In this document: piece by piece, positions 8,476 through 18,336 of the stretch | How the letters are laid out: every line of letters starts with the position of its first letter | Numbering within the stretch: the first letter of the stretch is position 1 | IMG/VR virus record: IMGVR_UViG_3300034355_000644 | Span: 5,850-69,849 of that record | Reading direction: 5' to 3' (one strand) | Length of the DNA stretch: 64,000 nucleotides | From: a virus | Position numbers and translations under genes: made by a program | The notes under the pieces: generated by a model | What the model saw: the letters and a program-made list of their open reading frames with translations, nothing else | Databases searched by the model: none | What the model was told of the DNA's origin: nothing

Positions 8476-9439
8476 GAAGATGTTTTCTTTTTAATTCAAT
8501 TTTTAGCGAGCTTTTTTCCACCGACTCAATGATTGATATCAGTGTAGCAATTTTTCCATAACGAGCAACAGCATCGGCGGTATCTTTAATATCACTGTCC
8601 CATTCTGGGAAGCTCACTCCCCAATGATATTCTATGGCTTTTTTAATCATTTTTTCACCGGCTTTATCTCTATCTGGAACAACAATAACTTGTTTTCCGA
8701 AGCTGTTTATCAATCGTGCCTGATTGTCATTGACAGTATGATGTAATACAGCAACACCATTTATCTGAATGGCATCAAAAATTCCCTCTACTAATATCAG
8801 ATATTTCCAATGTCTTGATTGATTATCAAGATTGAATACATATCCCGGTGGATTGTGTTTTACATACTTTGGTAATTGATTATCTAAGTATCTGCTTGCG
8901 TATCCAATAATAGTATCGTCGTGAGTAAAGGGTATAATTATTCTATTGTTATCTCTGCCAATATCGTTTGGTGTTACATAATATGGCATTGATTCCGAAT
9001 CAATAGAGCGTGATTTAAGGTAATCCGCGTATACCTTATGGTGCGGATTATTTATATCCAACTTGTCAGCAGTCTCGGGAAGTGATATTACTTCAAATTT
9101 TGGATTGATGTGTCTGACATGGCTTTCCACAATACCATAGAGATTTCTATGTCGTAGAGATTGTAGATTTAGCTTATTGATTATCGCTTGATCTACATTT
9201 AGCCACCCAAGGAGTAACTTGAAATTTTTACTTAGATGTTCACCGGGTGTAAACGAAGCGGAAAATCCACAGTTAAAACAGTTCCAAATTATAGATTGGT
9301 CTGAGTTTATTAAAATACCACCTCTTCCTCGTTGATCTGCTCGTTCGCCACGATGATGGCAACAAACGGCATTCATAGTTCGCCATCCAGAAGGGGTTAA
9401 CTTATTTTTAGCCGGTAAATATGGCAATATGTTAAACAT
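8465..9439 (-). CDS. gp61: DNA primase (T4 gp61-like)
   Basis: Zn-binding CCH...CFNC, RIIIPF, TOPRIM VEGIFDA and PDRDKAG, KD; adjacent to helicase. Confidence 0.9.
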   Translation of the reverse strand: MFNILPYLPAKNKLTPSGWRTMNAVCCHHRGERADQRGRGGILINSDQSIIWNCFNCGFSASFTPGEHLSKNFKLLLGWLNVDQAIINKLNLQSLRHRNLYGIVESHVRHINPKFEVISLPETADKLDINNPHHKVYADYLKSRSIDSESMPYYVTPNDIGRDNNRIIIPFTHDDTIIGYASRYLDNQLPKYVKHNPPGYVFNLDNQSRHWKYLILVEGIFDAIQINGVAVLHHTVNDNQARLINSFGKQVIVVPDRDKAGEKMIKKAIEYHWGVSFPEWDSDIKDTADAVARYGKIATLISIIESVEKSSLKIELKRKHLHAH

Positions 9440-9490
9440 TGCTCTATCTTACGCTATGTTGAGTTCTCAATCAATGAAAAAGGTGAAATA

Positions 9491-10645
9491 TCAACGATAG
9501 TACATGTTCTCAATATATCCAGTAGTGATAAGAACGATAGCGCCCGTTTTACCGGGCGGAACAGGATACACTTGGCCGTTATAGGAGATAATAGGAACCG
9601 GCCAATAGCCAGAACCAGGATTAGTTATAGTGATGCCAGTAACGGTGCCAGTAACAGTATCAATGGTAGCCTCTGCTGTTGCACCAGAACCATCGCCAAC
9701 CAAATCAACTCTTGGTGGAGCCAAATAGCCAGCGCCACCATTCTGAAGCAATATATCCACCACATGTCCATCTTCGCATACTGCATAAGCAATGGCCGGT
9801 TGCGCTGGTTGCTTTGGAGTAGAAAATAGACTATTGTTAAACGCCATTCTAAGGAGAGGAAACCATCCTTCTATGTTCCAATGTATAGTGCCATAATGAT
9901 TATAAAATGTTCTACTCTCGGTGATGTTATACCAAATGCTCTCATAGGTTTCTGCCCACTGAGCTTTAATCGTTCCTGTATATCCAATCAATGATAGTTG
10001 AACTGTAGTCAATGAATTAGCTGGTGCGATGTGGCTGGAGAAGTATTCAGTATTCATCCAACTATTGAAGTATGCGCTATCACCACCCCAATATTGTCCG
10101 GCCCAATTTGGATAATTTTCAAAACTTGAACCGCCGTAAGAATACTGGCTGGATAGTTCTAAGGTGGGAAGAGTGAGCGGACGACTTGGAACAAATTCCG
10201 GGAACACTGAATCCACGATATCCAATGGCGCTCTCGCACCCGCATACGAATCGGTAAAAACCGGCTCAACGAGATTGCCCGAGTGTCGTTGAATTGAATA
10301 ATACGCTGGTTGGGCAATAAGTTCTAATAATTCTTCGCGAGTGAACGTAACCTTAAATCTGCCACATCCGGGATTCAGAATAACCATTTCTTTTTCAAGA
10401 AGGATTCTATCACCGGCAGTATTCATAACTCGGAATACGAAATTGCTGCCACTGATATTCACCGGCTTTTCTTGCTGGTTGATAGCTTGGAACAGAAGGA
10501 CATTGTCCACGCCGAGATTTATATTGAGTCTTTTTGCATACATGGGATTTTCAAACCGATAAGTGAACGTGAACCCATCACCAGTATTGATAACGAGAAC
10601 TTTGGTAAATTGGTGATAAACATAACATTGGGTACTGTAAGCCAT
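9491..10645 (-). CDS. probable virion structural protein
   Basis: C-terminal NGGAGY..PP.V...GDGSGATAEA...ITNPGSGY beta-repeat typical of myophage baseplate/fibre proteins; late box at 10650-10655. Confidence 0.6.
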   Translation of the reverse strand: MAYSTQCYVYHQFTKVLVINTGDGFTFTYRFENPMYAKRLNINLGVDNVLLFQAINQQEKPVNISGSNFVFRVMNTAGDRILLEKEMVILNPGCGRFKVTFTREELLELIAQPAYYSIQRHSGNLVEPVFTDSYAGARAPLDIVDSVFPEFVPSRPLTLPTLELSSQYSYGGSSFENYPNWAGQYWGGDSAYFNSWMNTEYFSSHIAPANSLTTVQLSLIGYTGTIKAQWAETYESIWYNITESRTFYNHYGTIHWNIEGWFPLLRMAFNNSLFSTPKQPAQPAIAYAVCEDGHVVDILLQNGGAGYLAPPRVDLVGDGSGATAEATIDTVTGTVTGITITNPGSGYWPVPIISYNGQVYPVPPGKTGAIVLITTGYIENMYYR

Positions 10646-10697
10646 GTTATATTTATCTTTTTAGTTCAACTATTTTGAGAAGAATAAATACTATCCG

Positions 10698-11075
10698 ATG
10701 ACATCTTCCATTTTAGAAAAATTATCAGAACAATATCCGTTTATTACGTTGTGCGTTTATGCTCAGAATGAATATATAGGTATTATTCAGAATCAAGACA
10801 ACAACATAACATCGTTATATGATTATGGAAGTGTTATTGATGCCTCAATGAAACAGTTATTCATTGACTTGGGTAATGCATGGTGGTGGGAAAGTAATCG
10901 CTCCATACCAATTAATATTTTCCTCAAGGCAGAATGGGAACCGTTCAGACCATACTTAAAAACATTCGCTAACAAGGATTTACAAATAATACATGGACCA
11001 GTGTGTAGTTTAGGTCAGTTAAACGAAAGAAAATCCAAAAAAAGATCAATAACTCTCGTTAAACGAGTTATCTGA
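10698..11075 (+). CDS. conserved hypothetical phage protein
   Basis: 125-aa ORF behind plus-strand TAAATA (10685-10690), divergent from 9491..10645. Confidence 0.7.
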   Translation: MTSSILEKLSEQYPFITLCVYAQNEYIGIIQNQDNNITSLYDYGSVIDASMKQLFIDLGNAWWWESNRSIPINIFLKAEWEPFRPYLKTFANKDLQIIHGPVCSLGQLNERKSKKRSITLVKRVI

Positions 11076-11639
11076 TTTTTCTGCCAATAGGCTAAGATTT
11101 ATCTTAACCAACATCGCATATGATATGCTATGACTTTTTCTAAAAGTATATCCATCTGTCAACTCTCCATCCCATACATTACTCAATACCTCGTCCCATG
11201 GTTTTCTTTGCAGATGCGCCTTACCAGGACGTATGATACTAATAAAAGCCGCCATTTTTATGACACTATCTGGTTGCATCGCTTTCAATAGATCATAATA
11301 ATTTCCGACATGAACTATTTGTTCTGTAACCTTCTTATCTTGCCATAGCATATCCCACTTAGGCTCTTGATTGAGCAATTTTTCATAATGCTCATTATCT
11401 CGTATCATCTTATATACTTGCACATTAAGTAGGTCTATTTTAAAATATCCTCTACTTTCTGCTTCTTCGTATAAAATGGATGAACATTCATTTACAGGAT
11501 CATACGGAATATTGGTAGCATAAATACCAGAATTGTGCTTTTTAATTTTACCACCGTGTAACATGGAAGCAGCGGTACAATCAATCAGGTTTAATATCTG
11601 ATCACGATCAGCGCAATCTATATCAATATCAGCCGACAT
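11046..11639 (-). CDS. minimal DNA polymerase III alpha (DnaE)-like catalytic fragment
   Basis: DIDID, KHNSG, FKIDLL, IRPG, FRKSH...YA: C-family polymerase motifs in order within 197 aa. Confidence 0.8.
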   Translation of the reverse strand: MSADIDIDCADRDQILNLIDCTAASMLHGGKIKKHNSGIYATNIPYDPVNECSSILYEEAESRGYFKIDLLNVQVYKMIRDNEHYEKLLNQEPKWDMLWQDKKVTEQIVHVGNYYDLLKAMQPDSVIKMAAFISIIRPGKAHLQRKPWDEVLSNVWDGELTDGYTFRKSHSISYAMLVKINLSLLAEKSDNSFNESY

Positions 11640-12311
11640 TTACCATCCCGCTTTGCCTAAAATATCCCACGCATAAGAAGTATCAGTTTTTTTATGTTGG
11701 AACGTATTCTTCCATATATCAGAATCAATATAGGGCCAACATTCTTTCAATAATGCAGGTGTGCCAGACATTCTTTCAAGCAAATCTTGGCCACTGTTTG
11801 AATTATATAATGCCCATCCACTCAGTCTACCTGTCACGATAGAATAAGATATAGTATTAAGATTACCATATCTTAGCCAATCTTTTGATGGTGCATTTAT
11901 CTTTTCACTCCATTTTATTGAATTGGTTATGGCGCGAGTAAGTGCTTGGCCGACATCTTCTCTTGGTAGAAAATCAATCAGATATTCTGAATATAGTGAA
12001 TCACGAGTCCAATCATCAATTCTTTTTTTGTTTTTAATTAACCAAAGTGAATATTCCTCGGGTGATATTACCTTGACCTCAATACAATATTTTCCAAATT
12101 TAGTAAATGCTTTATAATACGCACTGGAAGCAAATTCATTGAATGATTTTTGCTTCGGGTACATGGAATTGAACGCATGGAAAGCTATCCGAGAATAGGT
12201 TTCATTTTTCGAATCATGCCGATCACGTTTTTCGCATTTATGAGTGAGTATAGTTTGAGATTTTTTAAATGATTTGCCGCAATACTCACATGAATAGACT
12301 GTTACTTCCAT
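11640..12311 (-). CDS. hypothetical protein with N-terminal Zn finger
   Basis: YSCEYCGKSFKKSQTILTHKC. Confidence 0.7.
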   Translation of the reverse strand: MEVTVYSCEYCGKSFKKSQTILTHKCEKRDRHDSKNETYSRIAFHAFNSMYPKQKSFNEFASSAYYKAFTKFGKYCIEVKVISPEEYSLWLIKNKKRIDDWTRDSLYSEYLIDFLPREDVGQALTRAITNSIKWSEKINAPSKDWLRYGNLNTISYSIVTGRLSGWALYNSNSGQDLLERMSGTPALLKECWPYIDSDIWKNTFQHKKTDTSYAWDILGKAGW

Positions 12312-12511
12312 GTTGATTCAAAAATTTCTGCATCTTCGTCCGAATCAAATTCCCAAGGAATTTCCTCTGAATTCATTGTAGTGGCTGCATAACAATTTTT
12401 TAAAGCAGGGCTACCACAATGATATCCATTCCTACAATGCTCCTTACACCATGAATCCATCGTTAATTGCTGATAGTATCCATAATGTTTTTGCAGAAAA
12501 ATTTGTCTCAT
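12302..12511 (-). CDS. hypothetical protein
   Basis: 69-aa ORF ending WEFDSDEDAEIFESTWK, a common small-phage-protein C-terminus. Confidence 0.6.
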   Translation of the reverse strand: MRQIFLQKHYGYYQQLTMDSWCKEHCRNGYHCGSPALKNCYAATTMNSEEIPWEFDSDEDAEIFESTWK

Positions 12512-12523
12512 TGTAATCTCCGA

Positions 12524-12991
12524 TTAAACTAACTGGTGGTTATTATCATCCTGAAAATCATACGGAGGAACATCTTTTGGTATCTCTACCACTTCTCCGC
12601 CTTCTACTTTTAATCTAACAATTGATCCTGATCTACTGGCTCTGAAGTAATCTCGCCCGCCATCAATCCAAACAGAACCATCAGGACTACCTCGATAATC
12701 ATGCCTGCATCTTGAGTATATTATATCACCATTGTTTGCGCGAATGCCAATAAACGATTCCTCTATTGAGTCCTTGGCATCAGATATATAATATAAATCT
12801 GATTTCCTCGAGATTGCGAACCAATTTGATCCCTGTGGGTGTGGCTTTTCGGTATAAAAGATCAATGATGGTTCATATCTCCATCCATTTTTGGTTTTCA
12901 ATGGAAATTCCATCAGATATTTTGCTGAAAATTTCTTCTCTATTTTTTCAATATCAATATCTTTTATAAATTCAGGATTTGTTAAAATCAT
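12524..12991 (-). CDS. hypothetical protein
   Basis: IYSRCRHDY...IDGGRDY motif; start overlaps upstream stop. Confidence 0.7.
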   Translation of the reverse strand: MILTNPEFIKDIDIEKIEKKFSAKYLMEFPLKTKNGWRYEPSLIFYTEKPHPQGSNWFAISRKSDLYYISDAKDSIEESFIGIRANNGDIIYSRCRHDYRGSPDGSVWIDGGRDYFRASRSGSIVRLKVEGGEVVEIPKDVPPYDFQDDNNHQLV

Positions 12992-13455
12992 CCGATTTCC
13001 TTTTTAATTTGTTCTGGAGTCATTCCCATGCTTTTTGCAAGGGATTTTAATTCAGCATTGGTTGTCAAAGACGCCAGTATCTGAATATCATCCATTTTAT
13101 AAGATGGATACAACTTTGTCAAGAATTTTTCCATTTTATTGTTAGACTTAGATTCTTTTTTCTTTACAGGAATCCAATTGTGCTTAAATTTTCCCATTCC
13201 CGGTGATATCGTGGTAGCACATAGCCATTGCAATTGAGGATGTTTATTTAACGCAAAAAAGTGTTTATTTAATCTCTGATTACAAGCCATAATATAGTAT
13301 TCTTGCAAATCAACATCTCCTTGGACGCAAGACCCCCAGCGTATCATAAGGTATGCACTAAACTGTTTTTTATCTTCGTCTGATAGTGACTCATAAAAGT
13401 TCCTATCTTTAAGATCAAGTTTAGCCATTTCGTTAGATATGTCCAATTCGCTCAT
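12988..13455 (-). CDS. putative clamp-loader small subunit-like protein
   Basis: FSAYLMIRW...N...HPQLQW...WI...LYP pattern resembling gp62-like proteins; replication context. Confidence 0.5.
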   Translation of the reverse strand: MSELDISNEMAKLDLKDRNFYESLSDEDKKQFSAYLMIRWGSCVQGDVDLQEYYIMACNQRLNKHFFALNKHPQLQWLCATTISPGMGKFKHNWIPVKKKESKSNNKMEKFLTKLYPSYKMDDIQILASLTTNAELKSLAKSMGMTPEQIKKEIG

Positions 13456-13459
13456 TAAA

Positions 13460-13963
13460 TCACCATGCGTGTTGATAGTTTACTACTTCGCAATTTCTAC
13501 TAATATCTTTTACGAAGTAGATACACTGAGGCATAGGGTCATCGGTTAGTGGAACACAAAGCATCTGTCCATTTTTTAATTTAGGCGCATACCATGTCAC
13601 TTCATGATATACATCAATAATTTCAATGTCATAAAACGTGGGACTAAAACTGGTCAGAGGATTGTATGAAAATACCTTGAATCCTCTGTCGGATATTGCA
13701 GTTAGCGGCAATATTTCTAAATCTCCCATATCTGGCTCACCGATTAGCACTTGCCAATCTACGGGCATTTTAATAACATGATTACCGATTTTCAGCACCA
13801 AAGCTGGACTTGAAAAACTCTCAAGAAAGATCAGCGGTATAAAATAGTAATCGGGTGAATTAGGATTGCTATTGTCAAATATAGCGAATCTGATATCATC
13901 TACCTCTTTGGGTAGAAAATTCAATTCATATGCTTGATTTTCATCTAATGTTAAAATTCTCAA
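13460..13963 (-). CDS. conserved hypothetical protein
   Basis: 167-aa ORF with AGGAG RBS, downstream of a TTGACA-N17-TATAGT promoter at ~13992-14020. Confidence 0.7.
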   Translation of the reverse strand: MRILTLDENQAYELNFLPKEVDDIRFAIFDNSNPNSPDYYFIPLIFLESFSSPALVLKIGNHVIKMPVDWQVLIGEPDMGDLEILPLTAISDRGFKVFSYNPLTSFSPTFYDIEIIDVYHEVTWYAPKLKNGQMLCVPLTDDPMPQCIYFVKDISRNCEVVNYQHAW

Positions 13964-14016
13964 TTTATAGACACTCCTTTGTTAATGATTCACTATAGCA
14001 CATAATATGTCCATTG

Positions 14017-15480
14017 TCAACGCCATTCTAACTTTTCTTTTGAATAAGGATATTGAGCATCCTTGTAATACTGTATTCTTTTAGTGAGATGGCGCTTTGA
14101 AAACCTACAAGTAGAAGTAATGTCATAAATTTCTACATGATTCTTGTCATGGGCTTTTCTTAGTCCTCTACCAATGGATTGGATGCATCTTACGAAAGAG
14201 CGGCCCGGTTCGATTAGTACAATGTTGAACAATCTTGGAATATTGATACCTGTACTCGCCACGCCATACGTTGCCACAATAACTTTACCATCACTGCCTG
14301 AGATTGAATCGTATTCTTCTTTTCTGTTTTTTGATTTGGTACTTCCGCTCACGAATACAGCATCTTCGCCCAATCTAGCTGCAATTTCTTTTCCGCTGGC
14401 TACTCGGTCAACCAACACCAACGTATTACCCGATGTTTTTATTTTATCAATAATCTTTACGATTTCATCCAATCTATCAGAGTTTTCAGTCAAAAACTTT
14501 AATTCTTTCTGATAATCTGTGAACTCACTATGATCTACTAATTGAATAATATTGATATGGCAATTGGATAAATGACCTTCGTCTTGTAGCTCCTTAGCAG
14601 ATAATCTCCCTATCACTTGGCCAATACTACAAAACAAACTCATAAATTCATATTGTTCTTTTGGTATAGTGCCAGTCAATCCCCACCGAATGGGAATATT
14701 GGCAAATGGCCCTGTTAACAATGATTTGAGCGCATTTGCCCGTAATTGGTGGCACTCGTCCACAATAACGCACACAACGCCCTCAATAAATTCATGAATG
14801 GTGGTTTCTATGGTACCAGCCTGAGTATTTTTAAGCATGACATTTAATGCTTGCCATGTGCAAATAGTATGTGTTTTACCAAGTTCTTTTTTATCACCAC
14901 AATAAACACCGGTTTCCAATCCCATGTTTACATAATCTTCTAATGTTTGTGATACCAATGATTTATTTGGAACGATGATAAGCGTTCTACCATATTTCTC
15001 AACCGTAGCACTAAGTGCAGCGCAAGAAATTGTTTTTCCAAATGCAGTTGGAAGCTCCTGTAAACACTGAGGATTAGCCAAAAAACTGTTTATGGCACTT
15101 ACTTGATAATCTCGCAATACGATGGGTTGGCCAGCAATAGGATGCCCTTCTGGCCAACACCTATTGTCAAATGTCGTTTCTGATACTGGATCAAAGTGAA
15201 ACTGCCGATGAGATTGGCGTTTGTCATCTAATTCAAAATCATACCCTTCCTTTTCTAAAATAGGAATTATCTCCGGTAGTAGATTAAGGTAAGTTGATCC
15301 AGCGATAGAAAAAAATGATTCTTTACCATTCCATCTCCCAAGGCGGACAGCAGGCATATATTTTGCACCAGGAACATCATAACTGAATTTGGACGCTAAT
15401 TTTCTTCTAACATCGGCGTCCAAATTCACGAGCTTAATGTTAACCTCATCTAATACTTGTATAATACACGTTTTCATCAT
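14017..15480 (-). CDS. uvsW: UvsW-like SF2 DNA helicase
   Basis: LRDYQ, PTAFGKT, VDECH, GLTGT, STGINIP, QSIGRGLR. Confidence 0.92.
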   Translation of the reverse strand: MMKTCIIQVLDEVNIKLVNLDADVRRKLASKFSYDVPGAKYMPAVRLGRWNGKESFFSIAGSTYLNLLPEIIPILEKEGYDFELDDKRQSHRQFHFDPVSETTFDNRCWPEGHPIAGQPIVLRDYQVSAINSFLANPQCLQELPTAFGKTISCAALSATVEKYGRTLIIVPNKSLVSQTLEDYVNMGLETGVYCGDKKELGKTHTICTWQALNVMLKNTQAGTIETTIHEFIEGVVCVIVDECHQLRANALKSLLTGPFANIPIRWGLTGTIPKEQYEFMSLFCSIGQVIGRLSAKELQDEGHLSNCHINIIQLVDHSEFTDYQKELKFLTENSDRLDEIVKIIDKIKTSGNTLVLVDRVASGKEIAARLGEDAVFVSGSTKSKNRKEEYDSISGSDGKVIVATYGVASTGINIPRLFNIVLIEPGRSFVRCIQSIGRGLRKAHDKNHVEIYDITSTCRFSKRHLTKRIQYYKDAQYPYSKEKLEWR

Positions 15481-16187
15481 TGATGGCTATCTGCTATTAG
15501 TTGTCGCTCGGTGTATCTATTGCTGATTCCTCTTTCCTTGTAAAAAATATGTAGTCCAATCTGATTGATCTTTTTGTAATCTGCTCGCCACTTTGGACTA
15601 ACATAATTAGCGTGATACCATTTGGCATCATCTAACTCAATGACACGCACACCATGTTGGAATCTATCTACTACGTGTAAAATGGCTTTCAATCTTTTAT
15701 TTGGTAGCTTTTTATTACGAAGGCTCTTTTTAAGAGTCCAACTAAATTGCTTTTTTGCATACACCACATCACATATTGAATCGCCCCAACGACCATCCAA
15801 TGCGCGATTGAATGTTACTTGAGCAACTGCTAATTTTCCGATATACGGCTCAAATCTTGCTTCGTGATAGATATTTTTAGCAAGACAATTTATATCTTGC
15901 CGAGATAGAACAAGTTTATGATGCGTATTGTACAGCCTTGATGATTGTGAACTAAATTCATTCATCGTGTTTTTTGTTGGAGATTTCCAATATGGATCCT
16001 TTTCCAATGTTACTTCGACTTCTCCATTCAGTCTATTTTCTATAGCACCGAGTCTTGTGTCAAGGTTATTATAAGCATGAACTCCGATGATTGATATGAC
16101 AACCGTTGCGGCAACAGCGATGTTGCTTTTAAAGTCCTTATCACTACTAAGGATAGATAAAATCTTCATTGTTGGTCTTCTTCTCAC
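15477..16187 (-). CDS. SleB-like cell wall hydrolase (Hydrolase_2) with N-terminal TM anchor
   Basis: CLAKNIYHEARFE...AVAQVTFNR...ICDVVY..KQFSW...WYHANYVSPKW...IGLHIFY; true start may be ATG 16169. Confidence 0.88.
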   Translation of the reverse strand: MRRRPTMKILSILSSDKDFKSNIAVAATVVISIIGVHAYNNLDTRLGAIENRLNGEVEVTLEKDPYWKSPTKNTMNEFSSQSSRLYNTHHKLVLSRQDINCLAKNIYHEARFEPYIGKLAVAQVTFNRALDGRWGDSICDVVYAKKQFSWTLKKSLRNKKLPNKRLKAILHVVDRFQHGVRVIELDDAKWYHANYVSPKWRADYKKINQIGLHIFYKERGISNRYTERQLIADSHQ

Positions 16188-16259
16188 ATAGATTGTTAAG
16201 TTGAAGTTAAAGTGTACTATACAACCATCATGATTGCAAGTGTTTTTCTGAACATTGTT

Positions 16260-16287
16260 AAAAATAACCGCCTTGCGGCGGTTATTT
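16260..16287. terminator. intrinsic terminator (GCAA loop on minus strand)
   Basis: AAAATAACCGCC-TTGC-GGCGGTTATTT perfect inverted repeat. Confidence 0.8.
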
Positions 16288-16427
16288 CAAATTTGCGATG
16301 TTTTTGTCAAGTATAAGGCGATAGATTCAATCAGATCATGTGAGACTTTAACTTCTGTGGATATTTCCTCATAAGACTTTCCCTCAATAATCATTGCTTT
16401 TACTTGATCAATGATTGGCGTTTTCAT
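16287..16427 (-). CDS. 46-aa HTH-like protein (not in ORF track)
   Basis: MKTPIIDQVKAMIIEGKSYEEISTEVKVSHDLIESIALYLTKTSQI; GAGG RBS, TAAATA at 16447-16452, followed by terminator. Confidence 0.65.
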   Translation of the reverse strand: MKTPIIDQVKAMIIEGKSYEEISTEVKVSHDLIESIALYLTKTSQI

Positions 16428-16457
16428 TTTGCGTTACCTCAATCTGTATTTATCTTT

Positions 16458-17279
16458 TTAAGTCCAAAGGCTTCTGCGAATTTGAATTAAATCTATCAAC
16501 ATCTGAGTATCTTCAGCATGATACTCTTCTTCGATTCTCGTGGCTAACTCAATCGCTTTGTTGGACTCAGCACATTCTTCATCAGTTTCATCGTGGCTTC
16601 CGAATACTCCTTTGTCAGATTCATCGCGTTTCCTACAAATTTCACTCCAACCACTTAATTCATGAGGCTCCTTTCTGTTTGGACGCTCAAACTTCCACCA
16701 ATGATATAGTTTAGAGATTGTTTCTGCTGTTTCTGCTTGATAGGATTTCTTGCCATAATCTGGATTATCTTTGTGATAACCCCAAGATTCGTCCATAATC
16801 AGTGTAGATTCCCAATCAAGATAATCGGCCCCGGCCTCCGGTGAGCGCCAATTTCTAAATCTGAACCAACCAGTAGCATACCAAGGAGCGTTATACTTCT
16901 TCAATGCTCCATCGGAAAAAACAATGTTCTTCCATGCCTTCTCCACCTCGACGTGGTTTACAAGCTCATCAAACAGGCAATATAACATCCTTTCGTCAAA
17001 TTCATACCAAGAACCCCTTTTCAAATTAGAAGTCAGCGCGTGAGTCTTGGTGATAAACCGATTTATAAGCCAATACTTGATTGAGTAGAGTTTATCTAAT
17101 GGCCACATAACAAAATCCTGTAAATTGCCTAACCCTTCTGCCAACCGATACCGAAGAGGATGCCGCTTCTTACATTCCTTTTCCCAATCATTCCATTCTT
17201 GAGATGTTCCGCACGTTAATCTAGGTACACCCCGTACCCAATCAGCAAATTTTGAACAACTCCAATGATTACTCCTCAT
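16458..17279 (-). CDS. conserved hypothetical phage protein
   Basis: 273-aa Trp-rich ORF ending LIQIRRSLWT. Confidence 0.75.
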   Translation of the reverse strand: MRSNHWSCSKFADWVRGVPRLTCGTSQEWNDWEKECKKRHPLRYRLAEGLGNLQDFVMWPLDKLYSIKYWLINRFITKTHALTSNLKRGSWYEFDERMLYCLFDELVNHVEVEKAWKNIVFSDGALKKYNAPWYATGWFRFRNWRSPEAGADYLDWESTLIMDESWGYHKDNPDYGKKSYQAETAETISKLYHWWKFERPNRKEPHELSGWSEICRKRDESDKGVFGSHDETDEECAESNKAIELATRIEEEYHAEDTQMLIDLIQIRRSLWT

Positions 17280-17562
17280 AGTTTATCTCGTTGATTCTGG
17301 CCAATTTTGTTTCCCTCGGACACCCCGACAAGTACTCATTTTCCTTATCAAACTCCTTGATAAATTCATCTTCGGTTACTTCTCTTGCGTTGATTTGAAT
17401 CTCATCAACATGTCGCTGAGAACCCTCAATAAAGGAATCATTGTCTTTGTTGTAACATACCTCGTCCTTAGCGTCAGTTTCACATCTCGCTCTAACGTAG
17501 TAGGTCATCTTGAACATTGATATCGTTTCAATCTGATAGATTTTTTCATCATTCTGAGTCAT
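17269..17562 (-). CDS. hypothetical protein
   Basis: 97-aa ORF in tightly packed operon. Confidence 0.7.
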   Translation of the reverse strand: MTQNDEKIYQIETISMFKMTYYVRARCETDAKDEVCYNKDNDSFIEGSQRHVDEIQINAREVTEDEFIKEFDKENEYLSGCPRETKLARINEINYEE

Positions 17563-17758
17563 TGTCTTTTTCCTCTTTGCTGTAAAGAATACATTCTACT
17601 TTATCCACATTCCTGTTGTCAATCATCATTGATTTGATACATCTCCATTCTTCTTTTCTAAGCGATACACGTCCGTTGAGTTCTGACCTAATTAAAAGTA
17701 CGGTGAGTAAAGCTCCGGCAAACAATGTCATCGGAACAACGATCCAATCCCTATTCAT
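17549..17758 (-). CDS. small membrane protein
   Basis: N-terminal hydrophobic helix, W.C...C motif. Confidence 0.6.
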   Translation of the reverse strand: MNRDWIVVPMTLFAGALLTVLLIRSELNGRVSLRKEEWRCIKSMMIDNRNVDKVECILYSKEEKDNDSE

Positions 17759-17759
17759 G

Positions 17760-18335
17760 TTACATTTCCTCTGCTAATTTTCCAGTATACCAATGCGGAA
17801 CACTTCTACCATTTATTTTTCCAGACCATATTGCTAAATGTTGCTTGCCGTTGTTGTAGTAATTTCTATATGATGCTACAAAATCATTTTCAATGATATA
17901 TTCTTTTGGCATTGCTGGCGTTACTGGTGTAAATGTCCCTCTGGGAATATTGTTTGGTGGTGTGCGTAGCATATCAATCAATCCGATTCGCTCGCACTTA
18001 TGAATCTTACCATAACGATATTCATACTCTCTGCATAGCTCTATCGTGAGTTCGTGTAGCCATTTGTAATTTTCGTCAGTCGTTCTACACCAGATTGCAC
18101 TTGGATGATTTACATGAGTAGCTGAATACATCAAATCATTTTTACTGGAATCAGAAAGAATCCACTGTTTCTTTTTTCTTCCAGTTTTAGATTTACCTTG
18201 AACCTCAACCCCGTCTAAGATTCTATGAGCCGTGCATAGCAACTGCACGTGCTCAAGTATCATTTTTATATTATGTGCATTATTATGATACATAGCTGCT
18301 GTTTTGGGTGATGTATCAAGAGCGAATATATTCAT
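17760..18335 (-). CDS. pyrimidine-dimer DNA glycosylase / DenV-family protein
   Basis: MNIFALD...H.IKMILE..QLL.TAH...H.NHPSAIW...NY.WL...EY..RYGK.H...AMP...YR.YY. Confidence 0.75.
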   Translation of the reverse strand: MNIFALDTSPKTAAMYHNNAHNIKMILEHVQLLCTAHRILDGVEVQGKSKTGRKKKQWILSDSSKNDLMYSATHVNHPSAIWCRTTDENYKWLHELTIELCREYEYRYGKIHKCERIGLIDMLRTPPNNIPRGTFTPVTPAMPKEYIIENDFVASYRNYYNNGKQHLAIWSGKINGRSVPHWYTGKLAEEM

Positions 18336-18336
18336 G

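Noticed and set aside
13460-13963. Hint/intein-like fold
   Set aside because: Only a vague beta-pattern resemblance; no N-terminal Cys/Ser, TxxH or terminal HN.
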